DNA from: Octopus vulgaris | Taxonomy: Eukaryota | Length of the DNA: 64,000 bases | Assembly (NCBI GenBank): GCA_951406725.2 | Contig: OX597834.1 | Coordinates: forward strand, 41,168,001 to 41,232,000 | Reading direction: 5' to 3' | Part shown: one piece after another, positions 53,967-64,000 of the stretch | Layout of the letters: each line of letters begins with the position of its first letter | Numbering within the stretch: position 1 is the stretch's first letter | Program-made: the position numbers and the translations under genes | The notes under the pieces: model-generated | Database searches by the model: none | What the model was told of the DNA's origin: nothing | The model's input: the letters and a program-made list of their open reading frames with translations, nothing else

Positions 53967-54412
53967 CTATGTACTCTTTTACTTGTTTCATTCATTTAAC
54001 TGTGGCCATGCTGGAGCACCGCCTTTAGTCGAGCAAATCAACCTCAGGACTTATTCTTTGTAAACCTAATAATTATTCTGTCGGTCTCTTCTGTGTGTCT
54101 GTGTTTGTCCCCCCAACATCGCTTGACAACCGATGCTGGTGTGTTTACGTCCCCGTAACTTAGTGGTTCGGCAAAAGGGAACGATAGAATAAGTACCAGG
54201 CTTACAAAGAATAAGTCGTGGGGGTCGATTTGCTCGACTAAAGCCGGTGCTCCAGCATGGCTGCAGTCAAATGACTGAAACAAGTAAAAGAGTAAAGAGT
54301 AAGTATTTTCCCCCCGTGTGTTTGTGATTCTGCCGGTTTACTGTCTTAAAATCAGAAAAAATATAGCAAAATATTTTCCTTGTGTTCTCACCATTCTTCA
54401 GCTATTCCTTAA

Positions 54413-54988
54413 CCCTTTTGTTACCGTATTTATTTCGAGATGCTCTGTGTTTTCTCTTTCTCTTTCACTTGTTTCAGTCATTTGACTGCGGCCATGCTGG
54501 AGCACCACCTTTAGTCGATCAAATCGACCCCGAGACTTATTCTTTTGTAAGCCCAGTACTTATTCTATCGGTCTCTTTTGCCGAACCGCTAAGTGACGGG
54601 AACGTAAACACACCAGCATAGGTTGTCAAGCAATGCTAGGGGGACAAACACAAACACACACACATATATATATATATATATACATATATACGATAGGCTT
54701 CTTTCAGTTTCCGTCTACTAAATCCACTCACAAGGCATTGGTCGGCCCGGGGCTATAGCAGAAGACACTTGCCCAAGATGCCACGCAGTGGGACTGAACC
54801 TGCTCTGTGTTTCTTTCAATTAATTTTAAATGTAACAAAGAATTTAGTAAAATAACTTAGTTAAGTTGGTGTTAGGAACATAAATTGTGACTAAGGGTTG
54901 GCAGAAGATTTTAATTCTAAACTTATGAAAACAAAACATTTGTACTACAGAGCCAGAGGTGGTTTCAGACAGATTGGTATCGAAAGGG
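54413..54988. mobile_element. MITE A interrupted by a family A SINE (54460-54800, minus strand)
   Basis: TTAA-cccttt ... aaaggg-TTAA; tgctctgtgttt is duplicated around the SINE. Confidence 0.8.
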
Positions 54989-55741
54989 TTAATGACCACC
55001 ACCACCACTACCACCACCGGCATGATTACTATCACCACTACCACCCTTACCATTGCATCTTGACCACCACTCCCTGCATGACCTCTCCCTCCCCACACAT
55101 ACATGTATGGGTCACTTAGTGTTTGGTGGTGCTATTTTACAATATTTATAATCAAAACTGTTCAACCCTGACCATTCCATATAATTTTCAGGTATACAGG
55201 ACCATCATATATTCCAGGGTTATGATCTGTAGGGAATATAGCTGCTATTTCTAGCAAGCGGAGTAGTCAGTTGGAAGCTTCCATGTGGGCTGGAGTGGTT
55301 GATGCTTGGAGTAGTGTCGTTGCTGTTTAGCCCCAGGTCAGCACTGATCCACAAACTCAATGATCAGTGGTATTCCAACCACTGAGCATCTCACCATCTT
55401 GCATATTAAGGGACTACATAGTCCAGAGACTCCTTTATGCTAAGGTGCAATTCAAGGATTATTTTGGCTGCTATTTCTAGCAGACCAGTGGAGGCTCCCA
55501 TGTTGACTTTTGTGCCTGCATATTTGTTATGCAAAAGTGGTGGTGGTGGTGGTGGTGTGTGTGTGTGTGTGTATGTGTATATCTCTGTATGATGTGTGTG
55601 TGTAGGATACCATGACCCTCCTGTATAGCCATGTCATATAAACACCTATTTTATCTCTCTCTCTCTCTTTCTTCTCTTTTGTATTGGTTCCCCCCCCCCC
55701 CCTCATTCTTCTCTCTTTCTTCATTCTCTTACTTCTGCTCC

Positions 55742-55777
<36 letters not shown>

Positions 55778-56020
55778 GTTTTATGTTTGCATGTTCCTCT
55801 GTGACAGTGTTTCTTTTTCTCCCCCTTTCTCCTTCTCTTCTCTCACTCCTCCCATCACACTCTTTCTAACCCCCCCCTCTCACTTTCACTCTATTACTGT
55901 GACAAATGTAACTATCCTTGCTCAGTAATACCATATATGGTGGTGACCTACAGCCAGGCTGCTACATCAACAGAGTTCCCAATTTTCTGCCCTACATCTA
56001 TCTGTCTGTCTGTGTGTCTG

Positions 56021-56088
<68 letters not shown>

Positions 56089-56998
56089 CCTACTTACCTA
56101 CCTACCCACCTGTCTGTCTGTCTGTCAGCCTCTCTCTCTCTCTCTCTCTCTCTTTCTACCTGGCTATTTTTCTTATATATCTACCTACTTATGTATTTAT
56201 CTAATTATCAACCATCTTTCTATTTATTTACCTGACCGTCTTTCTCTGGTTGTGTATCTCTCTCTCTCTCTCTCACTCTCGCTCTTAGTATCTGTCTAGT
56301 TTTGTAATCGCGTTTAAAAATTTTTTTTTTTTCTAAGAAAAAGTTTTGCTTTCACTCAGTTTCATGATCAGACATTCATATATTTATGTGGGTGTGACAG
56401 ACCTGCAAACTGTTGCATTTATTCCTTAATACCTTTTCACTGGCAGAAATCTTTGCATGCTGGGTAAAATGCTCAGCAGCATTTTGTCTGTCTTCATGTT
56501 CTGAGTTCAAATTCTTCCACGGTCAACGGTGTCTTTCATCCTTCGGGGGTCAATAAAAGTGAACCGCAGTAAAATTTGAACACAGAGTATAAAAATACAT
56601 GACCAAAATACTACAAGATATTTTGCCCAACATTCAACAGGTTCTGCTAATCCATACTTTTATAATACCTATATTAAAACTTATTAGCTCTAATAACACG
56701 TGTACTTGTAAACTGAGACATCTAAATGTAACCTATCCTCCATAGATATACATATTTTCTGTGAATAGGTGATATCTTAATAGACATCTATAAAGCCTTT
56801 TCTCATTGTTGTTTTGTAGTCTTGGGTCAGCCTTGACGAAGTAGGTTTATGATTAATCATTTAGTATTCATATTCATATTACTCTTTCAAATGCAGTGCT
56901 TATTTTTTATTCATGTTATTTTGAATTAATTAATTAATCACTTTGAATTAATTATCTTATAGCTTTGAGATTTTGATGATGTGATTGTTCATTCTTAT

Positions 56999-57178
56999 TT
57001 CTTTACTGCCCACAAGGGGCTACACACAGAGGGGACAAACAAGGACAGACAAAACAGACAAATGGATTAAGTCAATTATATCAATCCCAGTGCGTAACTG
57101 GTACTTATTTAATCGACCCCCGAAAGGATGATAGGCAAAGTCGACCTCGGCGGAATTTGAACTCAGAACGTAGCAGCA
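56999..57178 (-). mobile_element. Family C SINE, 5'-truncated, with ~21-bp TSD
   Basis: gatgtgattgttcattcttat occurs on both sides (about 56978 and 57178). Confidence 0.85.
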
Positions 57179-58149
57179 GATGTGATTGTTCATTCTTATG
57201 ATGACATCGTAGGCTAGGTGTGACATGCCAGATCATCTGGCTGGTCTGAACCAAAGGCAGGTAGAATATTTGGACTGGATTTGGCTGGTTTAACTGCTAA
57301 AGGACTAAAAGCATTCCAGTCGTGATCAAACTGTCCTTTTAGACATTACTTTATCCAATGTGTCCTGCTTTTGTAAGACAGTTGAGGGAAATCCGGTTAT
57401 TATTATTTTTAGCAGATTCATTTATCATGTATTGCCTTCGTCCCCCTCATTGGCCTTGTATATAATTTATCATTGGTGTCGTTAATCAATAAAACTATAT
57501 GAGGTCCAACATCCTGTAACTCGACCAGGTGTTTTTGATTATTATTTTATCAGTTTACCAACAACACATGAAAAGGTGTTCAGTCAGCCATCATAAAAAA
57601 ATTTTTTTATTTAAATAAAAAAAAGAAAAAAATCTCAGATTAAATTTGTTTTGGATTGGTTTATTGGATTTGAATTCACTCTTTGCTTTTCTGCTATTAT
57701 TATTGATATGCTACTGAATGGAGTGGACTGACAGGATGGATCATTTGAGCATTGGGGAGAAAATGCTGTGTGGTATTTCCTCTTGCTCTTTACATTCTGA
57801 GTTCTAATTCTGCTGGATTCACCCTTTTGGGGTTGATAAAATAAGGTACTGGTCAAATACTGGGGCTCGACCCTCAGTCTGTTTCAGGTTTATTTATTTT
57901 GAAATTCTATTAATTAATTCACAGGCGCAGGAGTGGCTGTGTGGTAAGTAGCTTGCTTACCAACCACATGGTTCCGGGTTCATTCCCACTGCATGGCACC
58001 TACTATAGCCTCGGGCCGACCAAAGCCTTGTTTTACCTATGGACCCTTCTGATTCCTATTTTACTCGAAAAAAAAAAAGGTCTTTTATAATTAAATATTT
58101 TAAGGAATTGTATAAAAAAGATTAAAATATTTTGTGTCACTACACTCTC

Positions 58150-58487
58150 AGTGAGACCCTCTTTGGTCATGACTGACCGTGGGATTGCACCTAGAAAGTT
58201 TCCCTCCCAGGCACAAGTCTGGGCAAGGTTGTTTATGGAAGACCAGCAGTCGCCCATGCATACCAGCCTCCACTCTCCACACCACTGATGTTATCCAAGG
58301 GAAAGACAAAGGTCGATACAGCCTGGCACCAGTGACGTCGCAACTCATTTCTACAGCTGAGTGAACTGGAGCAATGTGAAATAAAATGTCTTGCTCAAGA
58401 ACACAACACGCAGCCCAGTCTGGGATTCGAATTCACAACCTCACGATCGTAAGCTCGATGCTCTAACCACTGAGCCATGCGCCTTCA
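58150..58487 (-). mobile_element. Full-length family D SINE
   Basis: Reverse complement of the 21313-21646 family. Confidence 0.85.
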
Positions 58488-60173
58488 CATTGTAGAAGTA
58501 AAAGCAATTTATTGCACATAAATTTTAACAAGAAAATCTTATCTGGGCCTCCTGGCTGAGAACCAATGGTCTAAAGGGTTCTTCCCTATTTAAGATCATA
58601 GGGTGTGGTATCAGAGAGATATGGCTGCATTTTTGAGCAGATTGAACAACCATATAAAGACCCCCAACCCTAATTCTCTTTTGTTGGTCTTTTGTATCTG
58701 TGCTAGTTTCCGTTTGAATTTTCGGACAGATAAGTTATTGTATGAACCACCTACACTATTTAGGAAACATTCCTTTGTTGACACGAACACAGGATGGAAA
58801 AATTTCTCAGATATTCAATCGGCATGACCACCTCCACATTGAATACTTTACAAACACCTGTACTGTGCATGTGTTTTACGCAGACGCATGCATATATAGA
58901 TATACACATACATGCATGTATATATGCATGTGCACACACACATGTAAGTATATCTATATATTTATGCACAGTACTGCTTATATCAGAAACTTAAGATGAG
59001 TTTAAAATGGTCAAACTACAGTTTTTAAAGCCTTCACTGTGAACCTTACGACAAATATAAATACAACTTGTTATCTTCTTCCCACACATTCAAGTAAAGA
59101 GATTGTCCTGACGTGTCATTTGATTTATGGACCACTTACCAAAAGACAGGCACACATTCAGCTTTCTGCTCATGAAGGGAACTTTATAGTAACTGCTATT
59201 TAGATTAAGCAAGAACCAGAATTTAGCTGTAATAGCTGGTCTAATTTGTATGTTGCACATTCATTAGTGTACATTCATTATTTAATCACGCTACTTAGGA
59301 AACATTCAATATTATAATCAGAGACATTCCAGTGATGGCCTTCCGGCCTTGTTTTCAGACGTAGGCTATCAATGTGTGCATTGTCTAAAGTAGGGGTTCT
59401 CAATTCTCAATCAATTCTTGATTCCTATTTTACACTAAAAAAATGTCTTATTTTTTATAATTAAATATTTTAAGGAATTGTGCAAAAGGGATTTCAAATT
59501 AAACATTGATTTCAAATCTTGGCACAAGGCCAGCAATTTTGGAAAGGGAATGAGTCGAGTGTATTGAACCCAGTACTCAGCTGGTGCTTATTTTATTGAC
59601 CCTAAAAAGGTGAAAGGCAAAGTCAACCGCAGCAGAATTTGAACCCAGAATGTGAAGATGGATGAAGTGCCGCTAAGCATTTTGTCTGGTGCGTTAACAA
59701 TTCTGCCAGCTTATTGCTTTAGCATGATTAAATATTAATAAATATTTATACTCAACATTCTATAAGGAATAAAGTAGTTAAACTACAGATTTTAAGGCCT
59801 TTGATGTGAAATACAAACCAGAACTTAGTTGTTGCCTAATTTGCATACTATGAGTTCGTTGTTGATGCAAATACGCCTCGTTATTCACTTCCCATATGTA
59901 ATGAAAAAGACTGGGATTCCTTTGCTGGGGCACTCAGTGTTAACATGGTAACAGTGTATAATTGGTTGCATAGAGATTAGATATCACATGGAAGTGTCCT
60001 TGACAAAGTCAGGAATATAGAACATGAATATATTGAGTCATTTGTTGGGCAGGTTAGGCAAATGCCCACAGCTAACATTGAAGATTCTTTGTGAGTGTTT
60101 CATCATCATCATCATCATCATCATCGTTTAACGTCCGCTTTCCATGCTAGCATGGGTTGGACGGTTCAACTGG

Positions 60174-60398
60174 CAAGCTGGCAGAAACTTTAGCACGCCA
60201 GGCGAAATGCTTAGCGATATTTCGTCTGCATTACGTTGTGAGTTCAAATTCCGCCGAGGTCGACTTTGCCTTTCATCCTTTCGGGGTCGATAAATTCAGT
60301 ACCAGTTACGCACTGGGGTCGATGTAATCGACTTAATACCTATGTCTGTCCTTGTTTGTCCTCTCTGTGTTTAGCCCCTAGTGGGTAATAAAGAAATA
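60174..60398 (+). mobile_element. Family C SINE monomer nested in a (GAT)n-tail element
   Basis: TSD ggttcaactgg at 60163-60173 and 60399-60409. Confidence 0.9.
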
Positions 60399-60699
60399 GG
60401 TTCAACTGGGGTCTGGCAAGCCCGACGGCTGCACCAGGCCAGTCAGATCTGGCAGTGTTTCTACAGCTGGATGCCCTTCCTAACGCCAACCACTCCGAGA
60501 GTTATAGTCAACAAATTGATTAAGTGTGGCTCAACAAACTGGAGCTGGTCGTCTCAGTGGAACAAGGATTTCTCTGAATCAAGTGTGCTTATGTCTAGAG
60601 CAGCTGTGATTTTGTATTTCCTAAAGAGTACATTTCAAGTTCAAATCTTGCTGAGTCAATTTTGCCTTCTATTTCTTTTTTAGAAGGCAAAGTTTATCT

Positions 60700-61268
60700 A
60701 TTTCTTTACTACCCACTCGGGGCTAAACACAGGGAGGACAAACAAGGACAGACAAATGGATTAAGTCGATTATATCGACCCCAGTGCGTAACTGGTACTT
60801 ATTTAATCGACCCCAAAAGGATGAAAGGCAAAGTCGACCTCGGCGGAATTTGAACTCAGAACATAATGGCAGACAAAATACCTATTTCTTTACTACCCAC
60901 AAGGGGCTAAACACAGAGAGGACAAACAAGGACAGACAAATGGATTAAGTTGATTAGATCGACCCCATCGCGTAACTGGTACTTATTTAATCGACCCCAA
61001 AAGGATGAAAGGCAAAGTCGACCTCGGCGGAATTTGAACTCAGAACATAATGGCAGACAAAATACCTATTTCTTTACTACCCACAAGGGGCTAAACACAG
61101 AGAGGACAAACAAGGACAGACAAATGGATTAAGTTGATTAGATCGACCCCAGTGCGTAACTGGTACTTATTTAATCGACCCCAAAAGGATGAAAGGCAAA
61201 GTCGACCTCGGCAGAATTTGAACTCAGAACATAGTGGCAGACAAAATACCTATTTCTTTACTACTCAC
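60700..61268 (-). mobile_element. Family C SINE trimer (3 x 184 bp) with 16-bp TSD
   Basis: Exact 184-bp period (ctatttc at 60698, 60882, 61066, 61250). TSD aaggcaaagtttatct at 60684-60699 and 61269-61284. Confidence 0.92.
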
Positions 61269-62393
61269 AAGGCAAAGTTTATCTCAGCAGGGTTTGAGGT
61301 TGATAAAAATATAATCCCAATCTAGTGCTGGGCTTGATTTTAAACAACTAACCCAATCTATGAAATTTCTGACCTTGTGAATTTGTAGTCCTGCAAACTG
61401 TATGGTGAGCTCAGTAATACAAGTGGCCAAAAAAAAAAGCACCCAGTCCATGCTGTAAAGTATAGGCACCAGGAAGGGCATCCAACCATAAAACCCATAC
61501 TAAAGCAGACATTGGAGCTCAATGCAGTCCTTGGACACATTGGATCCTGTCAACCCTTCCAACCATGCCAGCATGGAACTTGGATGTTAAATGATGATGA
61601 GGACAACATAAAAGATGTTTTGTTACTTGTTCAAGAAGTGTTGTTGTTAAAGAACTAAATTACCATTTCTCGTCAGATGAAGGCATTGAAAATATCTGGC
61701 CATAGTTTTGTGGCATTATTTACATACAAAAAGAGATTTAATTTGCTTCAAAATCATTTTAATTTGCATCAATTATATTTTAATTAATTGATGCAAATTA
61801 CATTTTAATATGCTTTGAGATTATTTTAATTTGAACTTGAATAGGTGTTGTTCATGCTTTGAACCCATGAATGATTGGTAATTTGGCCCCGCTTGTCCCC
61901 ATTATACTCCTAACCATTTGTCCACTTTCACCACTATTTCTCCACTGATTATCCATCATCTTTCTATCACCACCCTTCCCCACTACTTGTCCACCCTACC
62001 GTCACCACTCCACCACCATCTATCATGTCCACCATCGCTCACCCATCACCCCCTGCCATCCACATTCCACACCTCACTCTTCCTTCTATCTCTCTCTCGC
62101 CCCATTTCTCACTGCCCTTGCGCCACCACTTATGTGCCCCCTTCTCCAACCACCTGCCAACCATCCTTCCATTCACCCTTTCACCACCCTCAACCATCCC
62201 CACCCTTCGACCACCCTTGTATCTCCCCATGTAATTAAACATTAAACAGCCTCCCCCCTCCTCTCTTCCCCCAAAACTATTTAATATTTGGGGAGGATAC
62301 TAAAGCAAAATTACAAAAGAACCACCACAGGATATCCGAATGGTAAAGTGTGTGTGTGTGTGTGCGCGCCAAAGAGATGGAGTATGCGTATAG

Positions 62394-62431
<38 letters not shown>

Positions 62432-62537
62432 CTGAGTGTGTGTGAGTGAAAAAGAGTGGGAAGTGGTGCAAAAAGTCTTGCGATTTGTGAATATCCGTCC
62501 TGTAACCACTGCAGACAAAGTGCATTCTTTTTCTTTC

Positions 62538-62629
62538 TCATCGTCATCATCATCGTCGTCATCATCATCATCATCATTGTTATTATCATCATCATCATCA
62601 TCATCATCACCATCATCATCGTCACCACC

Positions 62630-62663
<34 letters not shown>

Positions 62664-62689
62664 TCATCGTCATCATCATCATTGTTATT

Positions 62690-62730
<41 letters not shown>

Positions 62731-62790
62731 TATTGTTATCGTCATTGTCGTCGTCGTCATCGTCATCATCATCATCATCATCATTGTCGC
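62538..62790. repeat. (ATC)n/(ACC)n microsatellite
   Basis: Seen directly in the sequence; source of the poly-D/S/M ORFs. Confidence 0.95.
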
Positions 62791-63025
62791 CCATCAGTCC
62801 AAACAGCAGAGAGTGATGTGGCCCAGTGGACACAGTATTAATTGAACTACTTGCTCAAAGGTCATTAGTTCTATTTCTTTGCTGGAATTTTGTTTGTGTG
62901 TGAGCGTAATTTCTCTGTGTGTCTGAAGAAGAGAGGGGAAAGTATTTATGTCAATTGGATTCACTTAATAAACTGTAATCTCTCTCTCTCCTGCTCTCTT
63001 CTATCTGTATGTGCATATTCCTGTG

Positions 63026-63072
<47 letters not shown>

Positions 63073-63369
63073 CCAGCACTATAAAATACTGTCACCAAAA
63101 CAGAATGAATGTCCTGTCAGTCGTGCCAAATCACCTGTGTCCAAACAACCATGGACCCAGATGGGTTGTTAGAAATTCGCTGGTATTTGTTCTGAATCTT
63201 TGCACTTTGAATTCAAATCCTGCTATGATCAGATACCATATTTTTTACTGCATACAAGCCAACATAGTATATATTGTAAACCCGTAATGTAAACCAGTCA
63301 AACATTGTCACTATCTTTCCAATCCTGATGCATTTCAAACGGAATTTTTGGCCCTTCAAAGTCATTTTA

Positions 63370-63770
63370 TATTTTTATTGCCTACAAGGGGCTAAACATA
63401 GAGGGGACAAACAAGGACAGACAAAGTGATGAAGCCATTTACATCGACCTCAGTGCATAATTGGTACTTATTTAATCAACCCCGAAAGGATGAAAAGCAA
63501 AGTTGACCTCGGCGGAATCTGAACTCAGAATGTAACGGCAGACGAAATACCTATTTCGTTACTACCCACAAGGGACTAAACACAGAGGGGACAAACGAGG
63601 ACAGACAGATTAAATCGTTTATATCGACCTCAGTGCGTAACTGGTACTTATTTAATCGACCCCGAAAGGATAAGAGGCAAAGTCGACCACGGCGGAATTT
63701 GAACTCACAACATAAAGACAGACGAAATACCACTAAGCATTTCACCTGGCGTGCTAACGTTTCTGCCAGT
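63370..63770 (-). mobile_element. Family C SINE: head plus two modules
   Basis: Head at 63731-63770; junction at 63550/63551. Confidence 0.85.
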
Positions 63771-64000
63771 AATCTTAGTGTATAAAGTCATCTTAGTGTA
63801 TAAATCAATTTACCTTGTTTTGGTTGTAGATTTTAGTCTGAAAGATTTGACTTGTCTACTGGAAAATACAGTGTGCTCTTCATCCTTTTGGGTTGATGAA
63901 TAAATAATTCCAGATGAAGGTGGTGGGTTGGTGGAATTGTTGTTAGAGCAAGGAGTGGGGTGGTGAGGTGCCTTGCAAGTGTTGTGTTTGTGTTGTGAGA

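Noticed and set aside
59855-59980. PICNEKDW as a candidate next GTF3C5 exon
   Set aside because: It lacks the DGW glycine, has no good acceptor, and the flanking residues show no similarity.
62300-62845. Poly-D ORF as a candidate acidic GTF3C5 C-terminus
   Set aside because: The acidic frame is on the minus strand, opposite to GTF3C5, and the region is a plain (ATC)n microsatellite.

Overview
AT-rich, microsatellite- and SINE-dense eukaryotic DNA. The repeat repertoire strongly suggests an octopus (coleoid cephalopod) genome, although this is an inference. The only protein-coding gene I can support is four internal exons on the + strand (3123-3259, 6582-6789, 7643-7812, 12998-13111). They splice in frame into the central part of GTF3C5 (TFIIIC subunit 5 / Tau95 / Tfc1 homologue). 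The start exon lies upstream of the window, and I found no further exon in the remaining 51 kb. Almost all ORFs in the supplied track are artefacts of microsatellites or SINEs. The rest of the window consists of several SINE families, TTAA-flanked piggyBac-type MITEs, hAT and Tc1/mariner MITEs, a decayed Tc1/mariner transposase, RTE, R4/Dong and other LINE remnants, a Helentron-like element, minisatellites and an ~860-bp tandem duplication. The most interesting signals are: (1) two structurally intact type I hammerhead ribozymes (172-219 with a U3-A8 covariant core, and 483-589) plus several decayed ones, in (TA)n-embedded Penelope-like modules on the GTF3C5 sense strand; (2) a SINE that occurs as head-to-tail multimers of a 184-nt GT...AG module with an invariant junction; (3) combinatorial head/tail swapping among SINEs; (4) a 436-nt AG-free zone with a candidate distant branch point before a GTF3C5 exon.
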